A stretch of 64,000 nt of DNA from a virus: the IMG/VR virus record IMGVR_UViG_3300044946_000048, positions 1 through 64,000 of that record; one strand, 5' to 3'. Shown here piece after piece: positions 20,168 through 27,888 of this stretch; within the stretch, counting starts at the first letter, position 1, and every line of letters begins with the position of its first letter. The translations under genes were made by a program, and so were the position numbers. The notes beneath the pieces were generated by a model, which did not search any database, had not been told where the DNA came from, and saw only the letters and a program-made list of their open reading frames with translations.

Positions 20168-20473
20168 TTACATCCCCGGCGATGCGTTTCCGCCTGCTGG
20201 AGGAACCCCGCCTGCTGGTGCTGCTCCACCCATCGGAGGTGCTGCTGCGCCCTCGCCTGGATTTGGGTGAGAAGTGTTGTCCATAATGTGGTCAATCATC
20301 CCGTCGTGATCGCCTGCTGCGCCCTTCACGTCGTGCTCTCCGACTTCCGAAGGCATGCCGTGCTTGTGAGCGGTCTTCTCGTGCACGTGGTGAATCGTGT
20401 GGCTGCCGTCAGCGTGATGCTCGATATGAGTGTGTGTAAACCCGTGTCCGGCGTGTTTCTTTTCGTCTGCCAT
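20168..20473 (-). CDS. His-rich small protein
   Basis: AGGAG RBS; HTHIEHHADGSHTIHHVH. Confidence 0.65.
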   Translation of the reverse strand: MADEKKHAGHGFTHTHIEHHADGSHTIHHVHEKTAHKHGMPSEVGEHDVKGAAGDHDGMIDHIMDNTSHPNPGEGAAAPPMGGAAPAGGVPPAGGNASPGM

Positions 20474-20627
20474 TTCAAACTCCTAAAATTATACAGTCCA
20501 TCTAATCCGCATGCTCTTCTGGGCCTTTCGGCTTAGGTAAGACTCATTTTACTGAGTGAGGTATCTTTCCCTCGTGCGCTGACCTGGACTGACGGCGGTC
20601 AGTTCTTCTACGGAATTAGACCCGAAC

Positions 20628-20813
20628 TTATGATTCTTTTCTTGCCTTATGCGCTTGCACATAAGATGGGAGATGCTTGCGTGGTGTTGAAGCAAAGTCA
20701 TGCAATTGCTTGTGAGTCATATCCAACATGCCTTTATTCTCGGCATGGAGTTTTTCTGGGTTATGCTCGGCGATTGCCATGGCCTGCTGCTGCGCCTTTG
20801 ATTCTGCTGGCAT
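20628..20813 (-). CDS. Small hypothetical phage protein (MPAxSKAQQ type)
   Basis: GAGG RBS; colinear with the operon. Confidence 0.6.
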   Translation of the reverse strand: MPAESKAQQQAMAIAEHNPEKLHAENKGMLDMTHKQLHDFASTPRKHLPSYVQAHKARKES

Positions 20814-20814
20814 A

Positions 20815-21135
20815 TTATGCCTCTATTATCGAAGACAGGCCATCATGAACTGCATGGCCTTCTGAGAATTCAACAACGTCTCCGGAATAGTTAGTCTTTC
20901 GTCCCGATAACACTTTCAAATCTTGTTCGATGTGATGTAAGTGATTCTTTACGGCCACTTGTGCAAATTGCTCCATTGTGTCCATGTGCTTCATGACACG
21001 AGCGAAGAAATCCTGTACAGTCTCGTAAACTCCCCTTGCTTTCCACACAACTGTGATAACAACTCCGACGATTGAAAGGTCTCGAAAGGATGAAATGACT
21101 TCACCGATACTTAGCTGCTGAAGTCCGTAAAACAT
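20815..21135 (-). CDS. Single-TM membrane protein (possible holin/antiholin)
   Basis: Hydrophobic LSIVGVVITVVW followed by a coiled coil. Confidence 0.5.
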   Translation of the reverse strand: MFYGLQQLSIGEVISSFRDLSIVGVVITVVWKARGVYETVQDFFARVMKHMDTMEQFAQVAVKNHLHHIEQDLKVLSGRKTNYSGDVVEFSEGHAVHDGLSSIIEA

Positions 21136-21144
21136 TTGGTCATC

Positions 21145-21501
21145 TCAATGGATAGAATGCTTGTTTATGTAGTCAATAGCACTCTGTAAAATTATCACAT
21201 CTTCGAAAAACAACCCTAAAGCAGTGTTACAATTCGAGCAAAGTAAATCTCGATTCTCGCCTGTTTTGTGGTTGTGGTCAACATGTGGACTACTCATTGG
21301 TTTGAAGCAAATAGCACAGCAGTTGTTTTGCTTTTGAACTTTTGACTCGAACTCTTCTAAAGTCATGTTATGTCGCTTCAACAAGTGGTTGATACGACTT
21401 CTACGACGACCTTTCTCAACATATTCAGGATGAGTTCGCCTATATTCTTTTATATACGCGAGAAGTCTTTCTTTGTTGTTCTTGTGCCAGCTATCGCTCA
21501 T
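21145..21501 (-). CDS. Endonuclease VII-type homing endonuclease
   Basis: QNNCCAIC...HVDHNHKTGENRDLLCSNCNTALG; ATG 21501. Confidence 0.88.
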   Translation of the reverse strand: MSDSWHKNNKERLLAYIKEYRRTHPEYVEKGRRRSRINHLLKRHNMTLEEFESKVQKQNNCCAICFKPMSSPHVDHNHKTGENRDLLCSNCNTALGLFFEDVIILQSAIDYINKHSIH

Positions 21502-21504
21502 GGT

Positions 21505-21551
21505 TTCCTCTGCAAAGGAATGCTTGGGGAGCGTTGCAGCGCCCCCAAGCA
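21505..21551 (-). promoter_or_regulatory. Twin-hairpin kissing-loop element (copy 4)
   Basis: GCTTGGGGGCG-CTGCAA-CGCTCCCCAAGC then TTCCT-TTGCAG-AGGAA, before ATG 21501. Confidence 0.75.
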
Positions 21552-21658
21552 AAATTTAATTCCGACTATAACGGACTAAAGGTCCTGGGTTCCACAGGTC
21601 TCGGAGCAGTGGAGGGGAGCAATCTATAGCTGCTCCCCGTCACGCTCTACCGAATTGA

Positions 21659-22300
21659 TTAGAAGTTTGCGATCTGGAATTGGTACAAGTTAGCAGTGTT
21701 TCCTGCGTTGCTTGCGCCGAACTGAACGCCGATGACAAACCCAAATGCTGGTTCAGCATTGAAGTTGATGCCTGTTACTGAAGTGAACGCAGCAGATGCT
21801 ACAAGGCTGCCGTTTAGCAACGCACTGTAAGTTCCCTGCACGATACCTGACAAGCTGTCACCTTCAACCGTCAAAGATACAGTCCACGGGTAATAGACGT
21901 TGTCTAATGCCACGTTGCTGAATTCGACGTTTGTTCCTAGCAAGTCGTGATAGGTCGGTGTTGCGAAACCAGCATAACCCTGTGCAGAGTTCAAATAAAT
22001 CTTGATTGCGCCAGTGGTTGATGCTTCACCTGCGCCGAACAAGATGTTACCTGAAGCTTGCAAATCAAATCTCTGGCCGTTCAAAACTGCACGACCTGGC
22101 ACTGACAACTGCCCGGTTGCGTTTGTTCCTGAAACGGTTCCACCAATCTGATTACTTGTCGCCGAAGCGTTAACGCCCGGTGCGCCTACGTTCCACAAGT
22201 TCTGTGACGGAGGCGGCTGGAAGTAAAGAACTCCAGTGCCTGTTCCGCCAACAGTACTCGGACTTGAACCATTGATTAAATAAGAATACGGTACACCCAT
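21659..22300 (-). CDS. Probable virion structural protein
   Basis: G/S/T/N-rich beta protein; AAGGAG RBS before ATG 22300. Confidence 0.55.
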   Translation of the reverse strand: MGVPYSYLINGSSPSTVGGTGTGVLYFQPPPSQNLWNVGAPGVNASATSNQIGGTVSGTNATGQLSVPGRAVLNGQRFDLQASGNILFGAGEASTTGAIKIYLNSAQGYAGFATPTYHDLLGTNVEFSNVALDNVYYPWTVSLTVEGDSLSGIVQGTYSALLNGSLVASAAFTSVTGINFNAEPAFGFVIGVQFGASNAGNTANLYQFQIANF

Positions 22301-22497
22301 TTTGTTTCTCCTTTTGTGCCCGCCCATGTCACCGTTGACTACCCGATTCATGAACGGTTTATATAAGAGACGTTTGAGCGTCCCTTAAACTCTTTTAATT
22401 CCAAATCCAGCCGCAATTTGGGCATCTCACCTGTTCGCCGTGCTCGTGTTGAACTAATAGATATCCGCAAACAGGACAATGACGCTGCGCAATAAAC

Positions 22498-22815
22498 TCA
22501 ATTTCGAACCAACGCAGGGTCAACAAAGCCTGCATAATACTGTGGAGAAGCATCGAACTCTTCCTCCAACTCTCTATGACAGTTGGCACAAACAAGTAAA
22601 CACTTGCTGAGTTCCGCTTTCAACTTATCCCAACTCTGCATCATATTAAGCCCGCCGCGAGCGTAACACGATAAATCTTTTTCGAATCGGCGGTCGTGGT
22701 GAAACTCAAGTGCTCGTTGGCACTTGTCGTATCCGCAACGCTGGCATTTCCCGCCCTTGTGCTCGATACACTGCAACTTCCTGCGACGCCGAAATTCCGT
22801 TCCTTTGCAAATCAT
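22498..22815 (-). CDS. HNH endonuclease
   Basis: KGGKCQRCGYDKCQRALEFHH...KCLLVCANCHRE; ATG 22815. Confidence 0.85.
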   Translation of the reverse strand: MICKGTEFRRRRKLQCIEHKGGKCQRCGYDKCQRALEFHHDRRFEKDLSCYARGGLNMMQSWDKLKAELSKCLLVCANCHRELEEEFDASPQYYAGFVDPALVRN

Positions 22816-22817
22816 GA

Positions 22818-22879
22818 TACTCTCCAGTAAAGAGTAAACGAGGCGTGTTACTGGCACGCCTCATCTAAATGTAGCTACA
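22818..22879 (-). promoter_or_regulatory. Twin-hairpin kissing-loop element (copy 5)
   Basis: TGTAGCTACA palindrome, then GAGGCGTG-CCAGTAA-CACGCCTC, then TACTCT-TTACTGG-AGAGTA. Confidence 0.78.
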
Positions 22880-22981
22880 AACCTTGGCCATGTTAATTAT
22901 TTTGGCCATGTGAAACCTCTTAGAAAAACGAAAACACGTTAGTTCGGATTACCGATACTACACGCACAAAGTGCGCACTTC

Positions 22982-23368
22982 TTAAGAACCTGTCGCAACG
23001 CCAGCGTAGTTCAAATAGTAGGAAATGTTTCCGCCGATGTTTATGACTTGAATAATATCAAGCTGAGATGGATTAGTGAACGCGTCTGCGAAGATTTGTG
23101 CGAGAGATGCAGTAGGTGCTAGGCGGGAATAAAAAACTCCAATACGAGTGCCGTCCGTGGGGTTGGACGCTGGATAATGAACTGCTCCGGTATAATCTAC
23201 GTTCACGAGAGGAGCGACAGGAACGCCGGGTTGCAATGTTACTCCGTCACCTGCGTTTATAATCTGAAGCAAATCGAGGTTCGAATTGACGTTGCCTACT
23301 TGGGGCCACGCAGTTAAAACTGATGAGGCTTGCTTACGAAGAAGAACTGCGTACTGTGTCGCTGGCAT
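22982..23368 (-). CDS. Probable capsid decoration/anchor protein
   Basis: AGGAG RBS; internal repeat N(S/P)x(N/Q)LD(L/I)(L/I)Q(I/V)IN shared with the C-terminus of 142..2664. Confidence 0.5.
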   Translation of the reverse strand: MPATQYAVLLRKQASSVLTAWPQVGNVNSNLDLLQIINAGDGVTLQPGVPVAPLVNVDYTGAVHYPASNPTDGTRIGVFYSRLAPTASLAQIFADAFTNPSQLDIIQVINIGGNISYYLNYAGVATGS

Positions 23369-23500
23369 AATTACTCCTGAAATACAAAAGCCGCCAAAGA
23401 GGCGGCTGAAGATTAAGGGTATGGTGTGGGTGCTATCTCTTCCCACCGTAAGCGGAGTCCATTCTAACCCTGAGATTCCCGGACTACCATGCATGCAAAT

Positions 23501-23575
23501 TGGTCAGGAAAGAAGAAATCGAATCTTCGCCTCTCCCTTCCGACGGGAGTAGACTACCACTATCAGATTTCCTGA
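23501..23575 (-). tRNA. tRNA-Pro(CGG)
   Basis: Cloverleaf; CTCCC-GTCGGAA-GGGAG; CCA. Confidence 0.85.
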
Positions 23576-23582
23576 TGTAAAC

Positions 23583-23672
23583 TGGTCGGGGCGAGAGGAA
23601 TTGAACCTCCAAGGGAGTTTGTCCACCCGCTTCCAAAGCGGGACCGCTGCCAGATTACGGACCTACACCCCG
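23583..23672 (-). tRNA. tRNA-Pro(TGG) with long variable arm
   Basis: CCCGC-TTTGGAA-GCGGG; extra arm GGA-CAAAC-TCC; CCA. Confidence 0.8.
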
Positions 23673-23680
23673 ATTAAAAT

Positions 23681-23755
23681 TGGTTCCCGCGTGTGGACTC
23701 GAACCACAATGAACGCTTTCAGAGAGCGTCATCCTGCCAATTGAATGACATGGGA
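23681..23755 (-). tRNA. tRNA-Gln(CTG)
   Basis: ACGCT-CTCTGAA-AGCGT; CCA. Confidence 0.9.
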
Positions 23756-23762
23756 ATAAAAT

Positions 23763-23837
23763 TGGTTCCGGCGGATCGATTCGAACGATCATGACAAGTT
23801 TCAAAGACTTGCAGCCTGCCCGTTGGCTGACATCGGA
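23763..23837 (-). tRNA. tRNA-Gln(TTG)
   Basis: CAAGT-CTTTGAA-ACTTG; CCA. Confidence 0.9.
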
Positions 23838-23872
23838 ATAGAAACATATATGTCACTTTCAGCAACTAAGAT

Positions 23873-23947
23873 TGGAGCACAAGGTTGGAATCGAACCAAC
23901 GAGTATTCGTTTTGCAGACGAACGCCTTTCCACTTGGCTACTCATGC
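23873..23947 (-). tRNA. tRNA-Cys(GCA)
   Basis: TTCGT-CTGCAAA-ACGAA; U73; CCA. Confidence 0.9.
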
Positions 23948-23953
23948 TTAAAC

Positions 23954-24050
23954 TGGAGGATAATGTAGGATTCGAACCCACGGTGCCGGAATGTTTACCG
24001 GACACTTCTGTTTTCAGGACAGACGGCATAATCCGCTCGCCCAATTATCC
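23954..24050 (-). tRNA. tRNA-Ser(TGA)
   Basis: TCTGT-CCTGAAA-ACAGA; long variable arm; CCA. Confidence 0.85.
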
Positions 24051-24059
24051 TTAAAATTT

Positions 24060-24150
24060 TGGCGGAAGGTTTGTGATTTGAACACAAACAACCTTGCGGT
24101 TGACTTAGGTTTAGCAAACCTATACGTTAGCCTGGTTCCGTCAACCTTCC
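24060..24150 (-). tRNA. tRNA-Ser(GCT)
   Basis: TAGGT-TTGCTAA-ACCTA; long variable arm; GCCA. Confidence 0.88.
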
Positions 24151-24509
24151 GTATTCTTAGGTATCATAGCCGGATGAGGCTTTTGAAATTTCTTAACCCA
24201 TCCCGCTTTTGCCTCTTCACTCCACTCAGTAGGCTTTCTTCCAGCCTTACGATTGCAATTGAGATGTGAATAAGCAATATTCTGTAAATCCCAAAACAAG
24301 TTAGGAGAGTTGTCAAGCCACGGTATCTTGTGCTCTATACTAAACTCTTCAACCGTTTCTATTTTCTTAAGGCAGCGAAAACAACTATCTTTTCCGCACT
24401 CTCGTGCTAACGAAAATAAAAGAATTCGATGAAGTCTTGTCGCTGCCGTTGTATAAGGCATGCCTAACTGCGCAAGCTCCTTATCTTTATTCCTATAAAT
24501 TCTAGGCAT
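24141..24509 (-). CDS. tRNA-array HNH endonuclease (paralog of 26402..26890)
   Basis: CFRC...SIEHKIPWL...NIAYSHLNCN; ATG 24509; stop codon overlaps the 5' end of tRNA-Ser. Confidence 0.8.
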   Translation of the reverse strand: MPRIYRNKDKELAQLGMPYTTAATRLHRILLFSLARECGKDSCFRCLKKIETVEEFSIEHKIPWLDNSPNLFWDLQNIAYSHLNCNRKAGRKPTEWSEEAKAGWVKKFQKPHPAMIPKNTEG

Positions 24510-24573
24510 CTTGCCCTCCTCTAAAAGGCAAGTCGGGGATGTTAGAGGCATCCCCAACCTTAATGTACGTACA
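24510..24573 (-). promoter_or_regulatory. Twin-hairpin kissing-loop element (copy 6)
   Basis: TGTACGTACA, then GGGGATG-CCTCTAA-CATCCCC, then CTTGCCTT-TTAGAGG-AGGGCAAG-ATG. Confidence 0.78.
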
Positions 24574-24580
24574 AACTTAT

Positions 24581-24870
24581 TGGCAAACAATAGCCAGGAT
24601 TCTGTTCGGCTTGCGCCGCGACTATCATCCGTCTTTGCCCTTAACCCGGCTATCGTCGCGCTAGACGCGCTCCAGCCCTATTTAAGGTTGCTCCAAGAGT
24701 GGAGTGCCCAGACTTGAATGACAATGCTATGAGAACAGAGGCCCGAAGGCTTGTATGAGAAGCATTGTACCTGGCCTTACCCGTCCGCTTACGCGGCCCG
24801 CAACTTCCACGGCTCTTTGTCTAGTGGAGTCCTGAACTTACCTCGGTTTCCCGCGATAGTCTAGTTTACC
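24581..24870 (-). ncRNA. rnpB: RNase P RNA (catalytic subunit), phage-encoded
   Basis: P1 GGTAAAC/GTTTGCC; P2 GACTATC/GATAGTC; CR-I GAGGTAAGTTCAGGACTCC; GGAGCAA...AAATAGGG; CR-V AACAGAATCCTGGCTA forming P4 with a bulged U. Confidence 0.85.
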
Positions 24871-24871
24871 A

Positions 24872-25417
24872 TTAAGACTTATCTAAACCGCCCAATCCTG
24901 TTGAGCCGCCAGTAAGAAAATTCATCAATGTGTCTACTACTGCTTCCGAATCCGAAACATCCATCTGCTGGCATGTTTGAAATCTATCGTCTGCCCCAAC
25001 CGTGATGTCGCTCTCCGGTCCAATGAAACCATAATACACGTGGCCTAACTTCTCGTCAACAGTTAAAATTCCAATGATGCGATTACCTAGCCGAGCGCCA
25101 TTTATTACTAGGTTATGCTTTTCATAAACCGTCGCGGCGCTGAACGGGATTATGCCGTCTTTTGTTTTCGGCTCTTCCTTGTAACTGAACACTACCGGGT
25201 TATCTTCCTTCTTAACCGTGGTCGCATCCGTCAAGAAATCTCCGAATGTAGCAGTCGTTCGCTCTGCATTCAACACCATGTGAATGACAGTAAAATCCCG
25301 CGAACCACAACTTGCGATATTATACTCAACAACAGGCTTCGGCTCGGGTTGCTGTGGCATAACTGGTGTTGCCAGCGCCAACATAACTCCGAGGATTATG
25401 GCACGGATCGCTTTCAT
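24872..25417 (-). CDS. Secreted/periplasmic hypothetical protein
   Basis: Signal peptide MKAIRAIILGVMLALA. Confidence 0.6.
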   Translation of the reverse strand: MKAIRAIILGVMLALATPVMPQQPEPKPVVEYNIASCGSRDFTVIHMVLNAERTTATFGDFLTDATTVKKEDNPVVFSYKEEPKTKDGIIPFSAATVYEKHNLVINGARLGNRIIGILTVDEKLGHVYYGFIGPESDITVGADDRFQTCQQMDVSDSEAVVDTLMNFLTGGSTGLGGLDKS

Positions 25418-25512
25418 GTTGCATCCTAAGAGCACCTGATATACAAGGCATTAGTGCTCTGCCGCCTACAAACGCCTAGTAAACTAGGCACGTAGTCCCC
25501 TGCTCGGTAAAC

Positions 25513-25588
25513 TGGAAGGCACACTCGGAATCGAACCGAGAATCTACTCTTTAGGAAAGAGTCGCATTGTCCCTTGTGCTATGCGCCC
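25513..25588 (-). tRNA. tRNA-Arg(CCT)
   Basis: ACTCT-TTCCTAA-AGAGT; CCA. Confidence 0.88.
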
Positions 25589-25596
25589 ATAAAACT

Positions 25597-25671
25597 TGGA
25601 GGGCCGTCCCGGAATTGAACCGAGGTCTCTTCGTTAGAAGCGAAGCGCACTGTCCGTTGTACGAACAGCCC
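25597..25671 (-). tRNA. tRNA-Arg(TCT)
   Basis: CTTCG-CTTCTAA-CGAAG; CCA. Confidence 0.9.
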
Positions 25672-25677
25672 TTAAAC

Positions 25678-25751
25678 TGGCAGACCGTGGATGAATCGAA
25701 CACCCGCTTCTTGATTTGGAGGCAAGAAGACTACCACTATCTTAACAGCCT
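25678..25751 (-). tRNA. tRNA-Trp(CCA)
   Basis: Loop CTCCAAA; G73; CCA. Confidence 0.82.
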
Positions 25752-25758
25752 GCGAAAC

Positions 25759-26109
25759 TTATTTGATTCCTAATTTCTTCAGCAACAAGTAATTCTTGAT
25801 TGCGTAATATGCTTCCCCGGCTGCAACGACTCCGGAATAAATCATACCAGCTAACCAGACCTTGCTGCCTATAAGCAATCCGATGAATAGATACGCCGCG
25901 CCGCTCAACCAGGTTGCGAACGACTGTCCAACCTTACTAAACAGCCAACGCATTATCGGATTGCCTTCAACAAAACCCTTATTAGCCCCGAGGCCAATCA
26001 TCGTAGTAATACCGTCACCGATGATTGCTAGCAAGCCGAGAACTAAAACACCGAACAGCGCTAACCACGGACCCGCTGGCACAGACATACCGATTGGTGT
26101 AATCATCAT
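25759..26109 (-). CDS. Multi-TM membrane protein (DUF5658-like)
   Basis: DxxTTxxGL...EGNPIM motif with hydrophobic helices. Confidence 0.6.
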   Translation of the reverse strand: MMITPIGMSVPAGPWLALFGVLVLGLLAIIGDGITTMIGLGANKGFVEGNPIMRWLFSKVGQSFATWLSGAAYLFIGLLIGSKVWLAGMIYSGVVAAGEAYYAIKNYLLLKKLGIK

Positions 26110-26287
26110 GCCTCGCTCAGAAATTGTTCACATATTGCCCATGCGGACTTCATCATCCAAGCACGAGCATTGTTGATTCGAACTCGCTCTCCGGTTCTTG
26201 CATCGAACACGGTCAACGTAATCTTCGGTGGAAGATTGAGCCGATAACCAGAAAACGTTCGTTCAACTATTCTATCTCTCATAAAAT

Positions 26288-26362
26288 TGGAGCGGGACAT
26301 CGGATTCGAACCGACCCTCTCAGTTTGGAAGACTAATGTGCTACCACTAACACTAGTCCCGC
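26288..26362 (-). tRNA. tRNA-Gly(TCC)
   Basis: TTAGT-CTTCCAA-ACTGA; TCCA. Confidence 0.9.
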
Positions 26363-26371
26363 TTTGAAACT

Positions 26372-26445
26372 TGGAGCGACGTGCGGTAATCGAAACCGCG
26401 CCTAGTGCTTGGCAAGCACTCGTTCTACCACTATACCAACATCGC
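26372..26445 (-). tRNA. tRNA-Gly(GCC)
   Basis: AGTGC-TTGCCAA-GCACT; TCCA. Confidence 0.9.
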
Positions 26446-26890
26446 TCGGAACTTTTTCTCTCGTATAGTGCTGGCACTCTTTACATAGAGTATGATATCC
26501 AGACCAGTGAGAAGAATTTTTACTAAACTGCACCGTTGGGAGAAACTTCTTATGTCTATTGCACCAACTCATTCCTGACGGGCATTTAATTCTCAATTTC
26601 GAGAACTGCCCGTCTGGACCTGCTGGACGATCAGGCCTGTTACACCAAGTATGAGAAAATGCAATATTCTCCAAATCCCAAAATAATTTTGTGTCTACGT
26701 GCAGCCAAGGTTTCTTATGTTCTATTGTAAGGTCTTCGACCTTCACTATCTTAGACGTACACTTAAAACAAACATCTTCGTTTAACTTTTGAAGACACCT
26801 AAACAAAAGTATCTTTTTAAGTCTCCCCGAGGCTGTACCCCAAGGCATTCCTAGCTGTGATGCCTTCACAGCATTTGAAGTTCCTGACAT
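26402..26890 (-). CDS. tRNA-array HNH endonuclease with C-terminal zinc motif
   Basis: CFKC...TIEHKKPWL...NIAFSHTWCN...WCNRH...CKEC; reads into tRNA-Gly(GCC). Confidence 0.8.
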   Translation of the reverse strand: MSGTSNAVKASQLGMPWGTASGRLKKILLFRCLQKLNEDVCFKCTSKIVKVEDLTIEHKKPWLHVDTKLFWDLENIAFSHTWCNRPDRPAGPDGQFSKLRIKCPSGMSWCNRHKKFLPTVQFSKNSSHWSGYHTLCKECQHYTREKVPSDVGIVVERVLAKH

Positions 26891-26911
26891 GGATACCTTC
26901 CTGTCTTTAAC

Positions 26912-26986
26912 TTGCGCCAAATGGGAGTCGAACCCAATATCACTAGTTTATGAGGCTAGTATGATTATCCGTTTCACTCTGCCGCA
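26912..26986 (-). tRNA. tRNA-CAT (Met/fMet/Ile2 unresolved), no encoded CCA
   Basis: Loop CTCATAA; T-arm GGGTTCGACTCCC; one acceptor-stem mismatch. Confidence 0.65.
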
Positions 26987-26990
26987 AACT

Positions 26991-27066
26991 TGGTCGCTCT
27001 GGTTGGAATCGAACCAACTATGCACGGTTTATGAGACCGCTGCCTCATCCGGCTAGCTTCAAAGCG
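26991..27066 (-). tRNA. tRNA-Met(CAT)
   Basis: GCGGT-CTCATAA-ACCGT; CCA. Confidence 0.85.
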
Positions 27067-27072
27067 AAAACT

Positions 27073-27156
27073 TGGTACCCCGCGAGAGATTTGAACTCCC
27101 ATGACCGAAGTCGCCGCGTTCTAAGCGCGGTGTGTCTGCCGTTCCACCAGCAGGGC
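27073..27156 (-). tRNA. tRNA-Leu(TAG)
   Basis: CCGCG-CTTAGAA-CGCGG; variable arm; CCA. Confidence 0.9.
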
Positions 27157-27268
27157 ATAAAATCAATTCCAGAACAAACTAATTTGAAACTTTAAATCTT
27201 TTACAAACCAGGCGACAAGTATTGTGATGAATACTACGCCACCGATGACTTCAAATATGTTCATAAAC

Positions 27269-27342
27269 TGGTACTCGGTGGGAGACTCGAACTCCCTTTG
27301 CTGGATTGAAAGTCCAACGTATTACCCATATACGAACTGAGC
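27269..27342 (-). tRNA. tRNA-Glu(TTC)
   Basis: TTGGA-CTTTCAA-TCCAG; CCA. Confidence 0.88.
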
Positions 27343-27348
27343 AAAATC

Positions 27349-27430
27349 TTGAGCCCTTGCTTTCCTTACAGTCCGGCAAGTTAGCATTCAGCCGCAATCG
27401 TGTAAGCGACGTGCTGAAGCCTCGGCTCAA
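27349..27430 (-). ncRNA. Unknown three-way-junction RNA with complementary loops
   Basis: Outer stem TTGAGCC/GGCTCAA; two hairpins carrying CTTACA and TGTAAG. Confidence 0.5.
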
Positions 27431-27443
27431 ACTCAAATAAACT

Positions 27444-27517
27444 TGGTACCCGGAAGCGGAATCGAACCGCTGCTACATCCGTGAGAGGGATGCGTCCTAC
27501 CGTTAAACGATCTGGGC
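27444..27517 (-). tRNA. tRNA-Glu(CTC)
   Basis: CATCC-CTCTCAC-GGATG; CCA. Confidence 0.9.
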
Positions 27518-27554
27518 ACTGGCGGGCTCCGCCTTTCGACTCGGCCCGTGAAAC

Positions 27555-27632
27555 TGGCGGAATGGATGGGATTCGAACCCACGATAATCTGTCGTGACAG
27601 GACAGTGCCATTGGCCGCTAGGCGACCACTCC
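27555..27632 (-). tRNA. tRNA-Asp(GTC)
   Basis: CTGTC-CTGTCAC-GACAG; GCCA. Confidence 0.92.
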
Positions 27633-27641
27633 GTATAAAAT

Positions 27642-27716
27642 TGGAGCTAAGTGATGGAAATCGAACCATCGTTTCAGCTTTACCAAAGCTGCGTCTTACC
27701 ATTAGACGAACCAAGC
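27642..27716 (-). tRNA. tRNA-Thr(GGT)
   Basis: CAGCT-TTGGTAA-AGCTG; CCA. Confidence 0.88.
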
Positions 27717-27720
27717 AAAC

Positions 27721-27794
27721 TGGAGCCAAGTAAAGGAATTGAACCTTTCTTTGTGGTTTACGAAACCACCGTATTACCGCTATACGAACAAGGC
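27721..27794 (-). tRNA. tRNA-Thr(CGT)
   Basis: GTGGT-TTCGTAA-ACCAC; CCA. Confidence 0.88.
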
Positions 27795-27802
27795 ATAAAC
27801 TC

Positions 27803-27878
27803 TGGAGCACCGCATTCGATTCGAACGAATGTGACGAAGGTACAAGCTTCGTATACTAGACCGCTATATGAGCAGTGC
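27803..27878 (-). tRNA. tRNA-Thr(TGT)
   Basis: CGAAG-CTTGTAC-CTTCG; CCA. Confidence 0.88.
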
Positions 27879-27888
27879 TCGAAACTAA

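Noticed and set aside
27349-27430. Twister ribozyme or purine riboswitch
   Set aside because: Only superficial resemblance; the conserved catalytic or ligand-binding nucleotides could not be placed.
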